Below, piece by piece: positions 39,061-49,032 of a stretch of DNA of 64,000 nt (the stretch's first letter is position 1; each line of letters opens with the position of its first letter). The DNA is from an uncultured Gemmatimonadales bacterium. GTDB taxonomy: Bacteria; Gemmatimonadota; Gemmatimonadetes; Longimicrobiales; Gaopeijiaceae. A program made the position numbers and the translations under genes. The stretch lies in the NCBI GenBank assembly GCA_963809895.1, contig CAWELD010000010.1, positions 128,001 through 192,000 of the forward strand, written 5' to 3'. Under the pieces are notes generated by a model. It was not told the origin of the DNA, ran no database searches, and saw only the letters and a list, made by a program, of their open reading frames with translations.

Positions 39061-40500
39061 GTGGAACGTGGAGAGCAGGGGCCGGACGCCCTGGAGACGG
39101 ATATCGAGGAGATGCGGCGCCTCGGCTACGCGGCGGTGGACGCCATCGTCGAGCGGGCGAGGGGCCTGGCCGACGACGTGCCGTGGCGAGGCGGGACCCG
39201 CCGGGAGCTGGAGCCGCTCCTGCGGGAGGCCTGCCCTGAAGACGGCCGGAATGCCGATGAGGTCATGGCCCGGGCGCTGCGCGACATCCTGCCCCGGGCG
39301 GGCCGCATCGATCACCCGCGCTTCTTCGCCTTCGTGCCCTCCTCGCCCACCTGGCCGTCCATCCTCGGCGACTTCCTGGCCACGGGCTTCAACGTCTTCC
39401 AGGGCACCTGGCTCGAGTCGGCGGGGCCCAGCCAGGTGGAGCTGGTGGTGCTGGAGTGGTTCCGGGAATGGCTGGGCATGCCGGAAGGCGCCGGAGGGAT
39501 CTTCACCAGCGGCGGGTCCGCCGCCAACCTGCTGGCTGTGGTGGCGGCTCGGGAGGCGGCGGGCTGGCCGGAGCGCCCCGTCGCGTACGTGAGCGATCAG
39601 GGCCACTCGTCGCTGGAGCGTGCCTGCCGCATCGCGGGGTTCAGAGCCTCGGAGCTGCGCACGATCCCGTCCGACGCGGGCTTCCGCATGGATGCCGACG
39701 CCCTGGAGGCCCAGGTGGCGCGCGACGTGGCCCAGGGGTGCACGCCCGTGCTGGTGGCCGCCAACGGCGGGGCCACCAACACCGGGGCCGTGGACCCGCT
39801 GCCTCGTCTGGCAGCCTTCTGCGACGCGCGGGACATCTGGCTGCACGTGGACGCCGCGTACGGCGGCTTCGCGGTGCTGGCCCCGGAGGGGCAGCGGGCG
39901 CTGGAGGGGCTCGGACGGGCGCGGAGCGTCACCCTGGATCCGCACAAGTGGCTCTTCCAGCCCTACGAGACCGGTTGTCTGCTGACCCGTGATCCGGGCG
40001 ACCTGCAGGCGGCCTTCCACGTCTTTCCCGAATACCTCCAGGACACGGAGCTCGGCTTCGAGCACGTGAACTTCGGCGATCGGGGCCTTCAGCTCACGCG
40101 GGCCTTCCGGGCGCTCAAGGTGTGGATGAGCCTCCAGGTCCACGGGCGGGCCGCCCACGCCCGGGCGGTGAGTCGGGGCATCGAGCTGGCGCGCCGCGCC
40201 GGGGACTGGATCGGCGGCGCCGAGGACATGGAGCTCCTGAGCCCGCCGTCGCTGGGCATCGTGTGCTTCCGCGTGCGCCCCACGGGTACGGGCGACAACG
40301 ACGAGGGCCTGGACAGCCTGAACCGTGAGATCCAGGACCGGATCGTGGCGGAGGGCACCGCCATGATGTCTTCCACCCGCCTCCACGGCCGCTACGCGTT
40401 GCGCTTCTGCATTCTCAACTACCGATCTCGCTGGAGCGACGTCGAGGTGACCCTGAGGCGCGTCCGGGAACTGGGTCGCGAGGTGCTCAGCGACTCGTGA
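39061..40500 (+). CDS. Group II PLP-dependent decarboxylase (aromatic-L-amino-acid decarboxylase-like)
   Basis: HPRFFAF, FTSGGSAAN, WLHVDAAYGG, DPHKWLF; start approximate. Confidence 0.9.
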   Translation: MERGEQGPDALETDIEEMRRLGYAAVDAIVERARGLADDVPWRGGTRRELEPLLREACPEDGRNADEVMARALRDILPRAGRIDHPRFFAFVPSSPTWPSILGDFLATGFNVFQGTWLESAGPSQVELVVLEWFREWLGMPEGAGGIFTSGGSAANLLAVVAAREAAGWPERPVAYVSDQGHSSLERACRIAGFRASELRTIPSDAGFRMDADALEAQVARDVAQGCTPVLVAANGGATNTGAVDPLPRLAAFCDARDIWLHVDAAYGGFAVLAPEGQRALEGLGRARSVTLDPHKWLFQPYETGCLLTRDPGDLQAAFHVFPEYLQDTELGFEHVNFGDRGLQLTRAFRALKVWMSLQVHGRAAHARAVSRGIELARRAGDWIGGAEDMELLSPPSLGIVCFRVRPTGTGDNDEGLDSLNREIQDRIVAEGTAMMSSTRLHGRYALRFCILNYRSRWSDVEVTLRRVRELGREVLSDS

Positions 40501-41276
40501 GGGAACCGCCCACCGACAGGTCGGCTGGTCCCCACCCGGGAGCGTGGCTGCACCTGGCGATGATCCTCCTTCTGGGGCTCACCCTGGGATTCCACCTCAG
40601 GATGGGCCTGGGCGTCCTCGACTCTCTCTTCACAGCCTTCCTGCTGGCGACGTTGCCGGTGCTGGGGCTGGCGCAGCTGCCCTTCCTCGTGGGCGCCGAG
40701 CTGGAGCGCCTGCGGGCCTATGCCGGTTCGGCCATGAGCATCGTGACCATGGCCTCGGTGGCGCTGGTTCTGGGGGCGTTGGGACCCGGACTCGGCGCCA
40801 TGGGACTGGGTGCGACCCCCTGGCTCGTACTGGGTCGCACCGTCGCGGCTCTGGTAGTGGGGGCTGCGCTATTGGTGGGGCTCTTCCAGGGCTTCATGCG
40901 CCTCACCGGCGTGCGCGAGAGCCCGGTCATGGAGCGGCTGTTGCCACGCACCGGGCCGGAGCGCCGCGTATTCGCGGTCCTTTCGGTGGTGGCGGGTCTG
41001 GGCGAGGAGGTCGTCTACCGGGGTTATCTCCTGGCCCTGCTGACGCCGGTTCTGGGCGGCCCCTGGACGGCGGCCGGGGCCAGCAGCGTGGCCTTCGGGA
41101 TCCTCCACGCCTACCAGGGGCCGCTGGGCATCGTGCGTACGGCCGCGTTGGGATTCATGTTCGCCGCGTCTCTGGTGTTGACGGGCACGCTGTGGCCCGC
41201 GGTCGTCGTCCACACGCTGGTGGACCTGGTGGGCGGGCTCTGGGAACCTCCGCACCTCGCGGGGCGTCGGGGGTAG
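40497..41276 (+). CDS. CPBP family intramembrane glutamic endopeptidase
   Basis: GEEVVYRG, FGILHAYQG, HTLVD. Confidence 0.88.
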   Translation: MREPPTDRSAGPHPGAWLHLAMILLLGLTLGFHLRMGLGVLDSLFTAFLLATLPVLGLAQLPFLVGAELERLRAYAGSAMSIVTMASVALVLGALGPGLGAMGLGATPWLVLGRTVAALVVGAALLVGLFQGFMRLTGVRESPVMERLLPRTGPERRVFAVLSVVAGLGEEVVYRGYLLALLTPVLGGPWTAAGASSVAFGILHAYQGPLGIVRTAALGFMFAASLVLTGTLWPAVVVHTLVDLVGGLWEPPHLAGRRG

Positions 41277-41351
41277 GCGCATTCGGGAGGCTTGCAGAAA
41301 CGTCTCGGCCCGTCGAACAGTAGTGATAGCAGGTCGACGGAGGGAGCAGAC

Positions 41352-41774
41352 GTGATTCTTCAATGCAACTACGAGGAGCTCCAGGCACTGCGCCAGGGTG
41401 CCGACGCGGTGTTGCGCGCCGGTGAGCCGAATCCGTGCGCCGTGGCGGCACCTCCGGCGGAGCGAGCCCAGGTGGGTGCACTGCTGCCGCAGCTGGAGGG
41501 CGACGTCTCGGTCTCGACCCTGGCCGAGCAGGAAGAGGTCGAGTCCGCCGTGCGCACCATCGTCGCCTGCCTCCGAGCCGAGATGGACGCGGCGGTCGTG
41601 GCCGCCCATCCTGCCGACGAGGTCGCGGTTGCCGCCTACTTCGACTACGCCCACGCGCTGGTCGTGCTGGCGCGCCTCGAGGAGATGGGGGATCACATGC
41701 GGGCCCTCATCGAGATCGTCACCGGCACGACGGCCACCCGGGCCATCGCCGCCTCCTTCGCCTTTCCCGACTGA
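41352..41774 (+). CDS. Hypothetical protein
   Basis: GGAGGG RBS then GTG; helical composition. Confidence 0.7.
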   Translation: MILQCNYEELQALRQGADAVLRAGEPNPCAVAAPPAERAQVGALLPQLEGDVSVSTLAEQEEVESAVRTIVACLRAEMDAAVVAAHPADEVAVAAYFDYAHALVVLARLEEMGDHMRALIEIVTGTTATRAIAASFAFPD

Positions 41775-41837
41775 CACGGTCTGGACGGGCGGCACCGTTC
41801 CACCCCTTCGACGCCCTTCCGGAAGGCCCTCGCGGCA

Positions 41838-42173
41838 ATGCCTGATCGCATCGATGCGCTGCGCCGCCTGCTGGAGCGGCGTCCGGACGACCCGCGCCTC
41901 CGCTTCGGGCTGGCCCTCGAGTATCTCGGTGCCGAGCGCTGGCAGGATGCCGTGGACGAGCTCCAGGCCTATCTTGCGTCGGCAGAGGACGAGGGCAATG
42001 CCTGGGGCCGCCTGGGCGACGCGCTCTTCCGCCTCGGACGAGACGACGAGGCCCGTGAGGCCTACCGCAAGGGGATCGCGGAGGCGGAGCGCCACGGGCA
42101 TCCCACCATGGCCGAGGAGTTCAGGGATGTCCTGGCGAATCGTCACCACGACGGGGGGACGGGATCGACGTGA
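41838..42173 (+). CDS. Small tetratricopeptide repeat protein
   Basis: PDDPRLRFGLALEY..AWGRLGDAL..AREAYRKGI. Confidence 0.85.
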   Translation: MPDRIDALRRLLERRPDDPRLRFGLALEYLGAERWQDAVDELQAYLASAEDEGNAWGRLGDALFRLGRDDEAREAYRKGIAEAERHGHPTMAEEFRDVLANRHHDGGTGST

Positions 42174-42805
42174 GCGCGGGAACCACCGAGCGCAAGGCCA
42201 GCTTCGACGCGGAGGCGCTTCCACACCTGGAGGCTGTGTACCGGTTCGCCCTACGGTTGTCGGGGTCGCCCGACGCCGCCGAAGATCTGGTTCAGGAGAC
42301 CTTCCTGCGGGCCTGGCGAGCCTGGGACCAGTACACCGAGGGAACCCGGGCGAAGAGCTGGCTCTTTACTATCTGTCGGAACGTGTTTCTCCGGCAGCGG
42401 GAGCGAGGTCAGCGGCACCAGCGGATTCTCGAGGCCGAGGCGCCCCGATCGGACACCGGTGGCGTGGGCGGCGACGTGGTGAATCCCCTGTGGGTATCGG
42501 CGGCCGACGAGGATCCCGAGGGGACCTTCTTTTCGCAAATCGTCGATGACACCGTACTGGAGGCCATCGACCGCTTGCCGGAGGAATACCGCAGCGCGGT
42601 GGTCCTGTCCGATGTGGAAGGCCTGTCCTACGCGGAGGTCGCGCAGGTGATGGACGTGCCTGTGGGGACGGTGAAGAGCCGTCTCTTCAGGGGCCGCCGG
42701 GAGTTGCAGAAGGTGTTGTACGACTACGCGGTGGAGATGGGCTACATCGCTCCGCGAGATGCCCCTGCGGGTGAACCCCGTGAAGGGGCGGGTGAGGAAG
42801 CATGA
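42170..42805 (+). CDS. ECF sigma-70 factor (SigH/SigR-like)
   Basis: AEDLVQETFLRAW..GTRAKSWLFTI, EGLSYAEVA..GTVKSRLFRGR. Confidence 0.93.
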   Translation: MSAGTTERKASFDAEALPHLEAVYRFALRLSGSPDAAEDLVQETFLRAWRAWDQYTEGTRAKSWLFTICRNVFLRQRERGQRHQRILEAEAPRSDTGGVGGDVVNPLWVSAADEDPEGTFFSQIVDDTVLEAIDRLPEEYRSAVVLSDVEGLSYAEVAQVMDVPVGTVKSRLFRGRRELQKVLYDYAVEMGYIAPRDAPAGEPREGAGEEA

Positions 42806-43137
42806 TCTTCGACAGGTTGAAGCGCTGGCTCGGCGGAGGCTCGCCCGGGGACAACGGGACGTCGCACGATGAAGGCCACGGGGGCGACTCCGGCGACATG
42901 ATCACGTGCCACGAGGCGCTCGAGCGGATCTACGAGTACATGGATGGCGAGCTCGAAGGGGTGACGGCCGAGCAGGTGGAAGCCCACTTCCGGGTGTGCG
43001 CGCGCTGCTTCCCTCACCTGAAGCTGGAGCGCACGTTCCGGGCTCGCGTGCAGGAGGCCATGACCCGGCCCGGAATCCCCCCCGATCTGCGCAGCCGGGT
43101 ACTGGAGACGCTGGCCCGGGAGACTCCCGGGACCTGA
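42802..43137 (+). CDS. Zinc-binding anti-sigma factor (zf-HC2, RshA/RsrA-like, soluble)
   Basis: CHEAL..YEYMDGEL..HFRVCARC; overlaps the sigma stop. Confidence 0.88.
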   Translation: MIFDRLKRWLGGGSPGDNGTSHDEGHGGDSGDMITCHEALERIYEYMDGELEGVTAEQVEAHFRVCARCFPHLKLERTFRARVQEAMTRPGIPPDLRSRVLETLARETPGT

Positions 43138-43323
43138 GCGCCCTGCAGCGTCTTTCGCTCCCCTGCGTCGCCGGCCGAATCGCGCCGGTGGCGCGTTTTT
43201 TCATGCCCCCGACCCTGCCTTGCGGGGCCCGTCCGAATCATAGAGGATAGGCGGGCCGCCCCCCTTGGAGCGCCCCGACACACCAGCAGGCTCCCTGCAG
43301 CACGCACCCGCACAGGAGAAGGA

Positions 43324-45858
43324 ATGGCGACGGCCCAGAAGAGGGAGAGGATCCTGCCGCGCCTCATCGAGGACGAAATGCGAGAGTCCTTCCTGGACTA
43401 CTCCATGAGCGTCATCGTCCAGCGGGCCCTCCCCGACGTGAGGGACGGCCTCAAGCCCGTCCACCGGCGCATTCTGTACGCCATGCACGAGCTCGGGCTC
43501 ACCCCGGAACGGGCCTACAAGAAGTGCGCGACGGTGGTCGGCGACGTGCTGGGCAAGTACCATCCGCACGGCGACTCGGCCGTCTATGACGCCCTGGTGC
43601 GCATGGTGCAGGATTTCTCGCTGCGTTATCCCCTGGTGGACGGCCAGGGGAACTTCGGTTCCATCGACGGCGACTCCGCGGCCGCCTACCGCTATACCGA
43701 GGCTCGCCTGTCCGCCCTGGCCACGGACCTCCTGGCCGACATCGACAAAGACACCGTCGACTGGCTGCCCAACTTCGACAACCGGCTCGAGGAGCCGGCG
43801 GTCCTGCCGGGCAGGGTCCCGAACCTCCTGGTCAACGGGAGCAGTGGCATCGCGGTGGGGATGAGCACCAACATCCCCCCGCACAACCTCCGCGAGGTGG
43901 CCGCCGGCGTGAAGCTGCTGGCCATCGACCCGGACTGCTCCATCGACGACCTCATGCGCCACATTCCGGGCCCGGACTTTCCCACCGGGGCCTTCATCGT
44001 GGGCGACGAGGGCATCCGCGACATGTACCACACGGGGCGGGGGCGCATCGTCATGCGGGCCCGCATCGTCAAGGAGGCCATGCGCGGGGGCAAGGAGCAG
44101 CTGGTGGTCACCGAGCTGCCCTACGGCGTGAACAAGTCCAAGATCATCGAGCAGATCGCCGATCTGGCCAAGCGCGGCAAGGCCGACGACATCTCCGACA
44201 TCCGTGACGAGTCGGACCGCGACGGCATCCGTCTGGTCATCGAGCTGAAGCGGGGCGCCAAGGTCACCAACGTGCTCGCTCTCCTTTTCCGGCGCACGTA
44301 CCTGCAGAGCACCTTCGGCGCCATCATGCTGGCGTTGGATCACGGCCAGCCCCGGGAGCTACCCCTCAAGCAGATCCTGGAGCACTACCGGGACCACCGC
44401 ATCGAGGTCATCCAGCGGCGCTCCCGCCACGAGCTGGAGAAGGCCGAGGCCGAGCGGCACATCGTCGAGGGATTGCTGGTGGCGCTCCAGCACATCGACG
44501 AGGTGATCCGGATCATTCGCGGATCGAAGGACCGGCCCGAGGCCAGCACCAGGCTGCAGGACCGCTTCGGGCTGAGCGAGGTCCAGTCCGACGCCATCCT
44601 CAACATGCGCCTGGGCAAGCTCACCCGCCTCGAGCAGGGCGAGCTCAAGGCGCGACTCGAGGAGCTGCGCGCCCTCATCGGGGATCTGCGCGGCATCCTG
44701 GACTCCGAGGAGCGCCAGATCGAGGTGCTGCTGGAGGAGCTGAGCGAGGTGGTTGAGCGCTACGGGGACGCGCGGCGCACGGCCATCCTGAAGGATGCGG
44801 AGGAGGACGTCGCGGAGGTCGAGGAGGAGCTCGCCGACGAAGACGCGGTGGTCACGGTGAGCCACGAGGGCTTCGTGAAGCGCATGCCCATGCACCTCTA
44901 CCGCCGCCGGGTGTCGTCCGGTAAGGCGCTGGCCGGGATGGAGCGCTACGAGGACGATTACATCGAGCGCATCTTCGTGGCCCGCACCACGGGCTGGATC
45001 CTGTCCTTCACGGCCGGTGGCCAGTGCCACTTCCTGCCCGTCATGGACCTGCCCGAGAGCGGCCGGGCCAGCCGGGGCCAGTCGGTCTACTCTCTGCTGG
45101 ACGGGGCGGACCGAGCGGACCGGATCGTGGCCATGCTTCCGGTCGAGACGCTGGAAGACGACGGCCGCGTGGTGGTCTTCGTCTCGCGAGGCGGCCTGGT
45201 GAAGCGCACCTCGCTGGGCGAGTTCACCAACCCCCGCTCCTCTGGCATCATCGCCGCCGGGGTGAAGGACGACGACCACATCCGTGAGGTGGCGATCTCC
45301 GACGGCACGGCCGAGATCATGCTCCTGTCACGCGATGGCCGCGCCATCCGGTTTCCCGAGGAGGACGTGCCCGTCCAGGGGCGGACGGCCCAGGGCGTGA
45401 AGGGCATCGACCTGCGAGACGACGATCACGTGGTGGGTGTGTTGATGGTGCGGCGCGAGGCGTCGGTGCTCACCGTCACCGAGGACGGCGCGGGCAAGCG
45501 CACGCCGGTATCCGACTTCCCGTTGCAGAAGCGGGGTGGGCTGGGCACCCTGGCGGTGCCCACGTCGGGCAAGGTGGTGCCGCTGGTGGCGGCGCTCGAG
45601 GTGGTGGAGGCCGACGAGGTCATGCTGGTCACCGCCGGTGGGCAGGTGTCCGCCGTACGGGTCGAGCGCGCCCCGCTGCAGGGCCGGCGCACGCAGGGAA
45701 AGCGTCTGGTCAAGGTGGCCTCCGGAGACCGGGTGGTGGAGGTCACCCGTTCCGCGGGAGGCACGCCGGAACGGTCGGAGACCCCGGAGCCGGTGGAGTC
45801 GGGGGCCGGCGACGGAGACGGAGACGGTCGCGGCCAGCTCGATCTTCTGGGCGAGTGA
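43324..45858 (+). CDS. Type IIA topoisomerase subunit A (GyrA/ParC family; likely a ParC-type paralog)
   Basis: [38 protein letters not shown], beta-pinwheel repeats; no canonical GyrA-box. Confidence 0.93.
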   Translation: MATAQKRERILPRLIEDEMRESFLDYSMSVIVQRALPDVRDGLKPVHRRILYAMHELGLTPERAYKKCATVVGDVLGKYHPHGDSAVYDALVRMVQDFSLRYPLVDGQGNFGSIDGDSAAAYRYTEARLSALATDLLADIDKDTVDWLPNFDNRLEEPAVLPGRVPNLLVNGSSGIAVGMSTNIPPHNLREVAAGVKLLAIDPDCSIDDLMRHIPGPDFPTGAFIVGDEGIRDMYHTGRGRIVMRARIVKEAMRGGKEQLVVTELPYGVNKSKIIEQIADLAKRGKADDISDIRDESDRDGIRLVIELKRGAKVTNVLALLFRRTYLQSTFGAIMLALDHGQPRELPLKQILEHYRDHRIEVIQRRSRHELEKAEAERHIVEGLLVALQHIDEVIRIIRGSKDRPEASTRLQDRFGLSEVQSDAILNMRLGKLTRLEQGELKARLEELRALIGDLRGILDSEERQIEVLLEELSEVVERYGDARRTAILKDAEEDVAEVEEELADEDAVVTVSHEGFVKRMPMHLYRRRVSSGKALAGMERYEDDYIERIFVARTTGWILSFTAGGQCHFLPVMDLPESGRASRGQSVYSLLDGADRADRIVAMLPVETLEDDGRVVVFVSRGGLVKRTSLGEFTNPRSSGIIAAGVKDDDHIREVAISDGTAEIMLLSRDGRAIRFPEEDVPVQGRTAQGVKGIDLRDDDHVVGVLMVRREASVLTVTEDGAGKRTPVSDFPLQKRGGLGTLAVPTSGKVVPLVAALEVVEADEVMLVTAGGQVSAVRVERAPLQGRRTQGKRLVKVASGDRVVEVTRSAGGTPERSETPEPVESGAGDGDGDGRGQLDLLGE

Positions 45859-45870
45859 GCGGGCGTTCGC

Positions 45871-46650
45871 TCAGCCGCCGCCCGAGGCCGGTGAGCGCAG
45901 GAGCTCCATGACGGGGCCGTGAAGGGCCTCGTTGCTGGAGATCCCGGAGCCACCGTGGATGGTGGCGGTGCCGCGCGCGTCGGTGAAGCGGCCGCCGGCT
46001 TCGCTGAGGATGGTGAGAAGCGGGGCGGCGTCCCACGCCGACAGCTCCGGGTCCACCATCACTTCGGCGCGCCCGGTGGCGACCAGGGCGTGGCCGTAGC
46101 AGTCGCCCCAGGTGCGCGACAGGTTGGCGGTCTGCACCAGGCGGAGCCAGCCGTCCGCCAGGGGGCCCGAGCGGATGCGGGGCTCGTCGGTGGTCAGCAC
46201 CAGTGCCTCCTTCAGGTCGCCGACCCGTGAGACCCGACACGGCACGCCGTTCCACGTGCACCCCAGCCCATGGCCGGCGGCCACCGTCTCGCGCAGAGCG
46301 GGGAAGTGCGCCACGCCCACTCTGGGCTCCCCCTCCACCTCGACGCCGATGAGAACGCCGTAGAGAGGCACGCCGCGCATGAAGGAGCGGGTGCCGTCGA
46401 TGGGATCCAGGATCCAGCGCACCGAGGCGCCCTCCCGGACCGAGCCGTACTCTTCACCGAGGATCGCGTGATCGGGCCAGCGCTCCTCGATGCGTCGGCG
46501 CAGCAGGGCTTCGGCTTCGCGGTCGGCCCGGGTGACGGGACTGCCGTCGCCCTTGGCCTCGTGCTCCACCAGCCCGCCGAAGTGACGCAGCGTCACCGCG
46601 CCGGCCTCGTGAGCGAATGCGACGGCCGCGTCCAGGAGGGCCGGGATCAC
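45871..46650 (-). CDS. hisN: Histidinol-phosphatase / inositol monophosphatase family
   Basis: KGDGSPVTRAD, ILGEE, WILDPIDGTRSF, WGDCYG, WDAAP. Confidence 0.8.
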   Translation of the reverse strand: MIPALLDAAVAFAHEAGAVTLRHFGGLVEHEAKGDGSPVTRADREAEALLRRRIEERWPDHAILGEEYGSVREGASVRWILDPIDGTRSFMRGVPLYGVLIGVEVEGEPRVGVAHFPALRETVAAGHGLGCTWNGVPCRVSRVGDLKEALVLTTDEPRIRSGPLADGWLRLVQTANLSRTWGDCYGHALVATGRAEVMVDPELSAWDAAPLLTILSEAGGRFTDARGTATIHGGSGISSNEALHGPVMELLRSPASGGG

Positions 46651-48131
46651 CGAGAGGCGCGGCCGGAGTAGAGGTCCTGGTCGGCGGTGCGCAGGAGATC
46701 GTCGCCGGTGCGCATGCGCACGGGGTCGAACTGGGCCGCACCGCTGCTCACGGTCACGCCGTGGGGCGCGAGCACGGGATCCCCCTCGACACGCTCGCAT
46801 ACGCGGCGGATGTACTGCGCCGCACCGTCCACGGAGGTGTCGCTCAACACGGCCACGAACTCGTCGCCGCCGTAGCGAGCCACCAGGTTCATGGCACGGT
46901 TCTCGGCCCGTAGGACCGATGCGAAGATGCGCAGGGCCTCGTCACCGGCCAGGTGCCCGAGAGAGTCGTTGTAGCCCTTGAAGTTGTCCAGGTCGAAAAT
47001 CACCGCAGACAGCGAGCGACCACGCCGCGCCGCCGCCACCTCCCGGTCCAGGTGCATGCGCAGGTGACGCCGGTTGGGGAGCCCCGTGAGGGGGTCCGTC
47101 ATGGACAGGGCCTGCATGGACGCGTGCAGACGCGCGTTCTCCAGCGCCACGGAGGCCTGGCTGGCCAGGCGCTCCAGGATCCGGATCTCGTCGCCTTCGA
47201 GCCCGTGGGGGTCGGAACAGGCCGCCACCAGCGCTCCGGCGATCTCATCGGTGGTCCTGAGCGGAACCGCCACGGCACAGCCGCGCTCCGATCCGCGGCG
47301 GGTGTCGTCGGGGAGAAGAGGCTGAGAGGCTCGGTCCCGGCGGCTGATGGTCGCGCCGGTCGTCAGCAGGGCCTCGAGGGGCGTGCCGCGTGCGTCCCAG
47401 GAGGTGTCCACGCCGGGTACCGACTCGCCCCTCGACGCCGCCACCCGAAGGGTGGGTGCCGGATCGAGCAGCCAGACCGAGGCCCCATCCACCTCCAGGA
47501 CGTCCAGCACCGCATCCACCACCTTGCCCAGCACCTCCTGGGGATCCAGCGACGACACCATGGCGCGTCCGATGCGCTCGATCTGCTCCGCCTCGCGCGT
47601 CTTGCGCTCCAGCTCTTCGACCCGCTGGGCGTTCTCGATGGCGACGGCGGCGATGTCGGCGATGGCCTGTAGCAGTTCCAGCTCGGCGGGCGCGAAGGCC
47701 TCCGCTCGGTAGCTCTGGGTGCTGATGGCCCCGAGGATGCCGTCGCGGCGCATCGGTGCGGAGATGGCCGAACGGGTCACACCGGCGCTCTCGTCGCCCA
47801 GGATGAGGAGCGAGCGGGACGCGAGGCGATCCTCAACCAGGGTGGCGCGACCCTCGCGGATCACGGGACTGTCGGACCCCCGATACGAGATGTCCGAACG
47901 CTGCTCCACGCCCTGGTCGGCGTAGAACACCACCGTCGCCAGGTCTTCGTCGGTGTCGTAAAGCGCGATGAAGAACCCGTCCGCCTCCAGCACCCGGGAC
48001 GTCTCGCGATAGATGGCCCGGTACAGTTCTTCCAGGCTGAGCGTGGCCGTGAGCGTGCGACCGATGTCCAGGAGGACACGGTAGCGCTCGGCCAGGCTCG
48101 TGCGTGCGGCGTCGGTTCCCGTCGGGTGCAT
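46647..48131 (-). CDS. GAF-GAF-GGDEF diguanylate cyclase
   Basis: Two GAF domains ending AIENA and ALENA; TDPLTGLPNRR, DLDNFKGYND..GHLAGD, RYGGDEF; start uncertain. Confidence 0.92.
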   Translation of the reverse strand: MHPTGTDAARTSLAERYRVLLDIGRTLTATLSLEELYRAIYRETSRVLEADGFFIALYDTDEDLATVVFYADQGVEQRSDISYRGSDSPVIREGRATLVEDRLASRSLLILGDESAGVTRSAISAPMRRDGILGAISTQSYRAEAFAPAELELLQAIADIAAVAIENAQRVEELERKTREAEQIERIGRAMVSSLDPQEVLGKVVDAVLDVLEVDGASVWLLDPAPTLRVAASRGESVPGVDTSWDARGTPLEALLTTGATISRRDRASQPLLPDDTRRGSERGCAVAVPLRTTDEIAGALVAACSDPHGLEGDEIRILERLASQASVALENARLHASMQALSMTDPLTGLPNRRHLRMHLDREVAAARRGRSLSAVIFDLDNFKGYNDSLGHLAGDEALRIFASVLRAENRAMNLVARYGGDEFVAVLSDTSVDGAAQYIRRVCERVEGDPVLAPHGVTVSSGAAQFDPVRMRTGDDLLRTADQDLYSGRASR

Positions 48132-48213
48132 GGGCGGGTGGGGGGATTGCGCCAGCTGAATCAGGGTCGGGCCCGTCGGATGCACAGGCCTGGAAGAACC
48201 AACCTCGATTACC

Positions 48214-48243
48214 AATCTACCGGCTGCGTTCCGACCCGTACAA
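48214..48243 (-). promoter_or_regulatory. Possible sigma70 promoter TTGTAC-N18-TAGATT for the diguanylate cyclase
   Basis: Hexamers read directly in the intergenic region. Confidence 0.35.
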
Positions 48244-48261
48244 CCATCACGTTCTGGACCC

Positions 48262-49032
48262 TCAGGCCTCGTCGTTGCCGCCGCCGACGCCGTGACGATC
48301 CAGATAGTGGCCGATCTCGAAGCCGATGGCCTGGATCAGCCGGGTCTCCCTCCGGTCGAGCTCCGCGCGCCCCAGGATCGTGCGCAGGGTGCGGATGACC
48401 GCCGCGTCCCGGCGCGTACCCTTGTAGAAGTCGATGCGGCCGAGGCCCTGGCGGAGGGCCTCGTACATCTGCTCCAGCTCTCCTTGCGTCGCCTGGCGCG
48501 TCGAGCGGCGACCCCGGGGCAGCTCCAGCTCGCCTTCGCCGCTGGCCAGAAAGATCTCGTAGGCCAGCACCAGGACCGCCTGCGCCAGGTTGAGCGACGA
48601 GTAGTCCGGGTCGGTGGGGATGATGGCGATGCGGTGGCAAAGGTCGAGGCCTTCGTTGCTGAGCCCCCGGTCCTCGCGCCCGAAGAGCAGCGCCACCGGA
48701 CCGCGGGCGGCGCGCTCGATCATGTCCTCCGCCGCCTCGTCGGGCCGCACGTAGTTGCGAGTGGCGGTGCGGGCACGGGCCGTGGTGCCCACGACGAAGA
48801 CGCAGTCCTCCACCGCAGCCTCCAGCGAGTCCACGATCTCGGTGCCCTCGACCACGTCGCCGCTGCGGTGGGCGATGCCCTCGATGCGGTACGGGTCGAA
48901 GTCCGCGGGCTCCACCAGGCGCAGCCGCGACAGCCCCATGTTCTTCATGGCGCGGATCACCGCCGCGATGTTCACCACGTTCTGGGGATGGTCCAGAACC
49001 ACGATTACGCGATCCAGCGGAGAGGCGCTCAC
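48262..49032 (-). CDS. trmJ: TrmJ/LasT family SPOUT RNA methyltransferase
   Basis: NIAAVIRAMKNMGL, VGTTAR, LFGREDRGLSNE, YSSLNLAQAV. Confidence 0.88.
   Translation of the reverse strand: MSASPLDRVIVVLDHPQNVVNIAAVIRAMKNMGLSRLRLVEPADFDPYRIEGIAHRSGDVVEGTEIVDSLEAAVEDCVFVVGTTARARTATRNYVRPDEAAEDMIERAARGPVALLFGREDRGLSNEGLDLCHRIAIIPTDPDYSSLNLAQAVLVLAYEIFLASGEGELELPRGRRSTRQATQGELEQMYEALRQGLGRIDFYKGTRRDAAVIRTLRTILGRAELDRRETRLIQAIGFEIGHYLDRHGVGGGNDEA

Noticed and set aside
39053..39068. Stand-alone parS call
   Set aside because: Three mismatches to the consensus and overlaps a likely start codon; kept only as support for the 1463 palindrome
40497..41276. Abortive-infection role for the CPBP ('Abi') protease
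   Set aside because: The family name does not imply defence, and there is no supporting context
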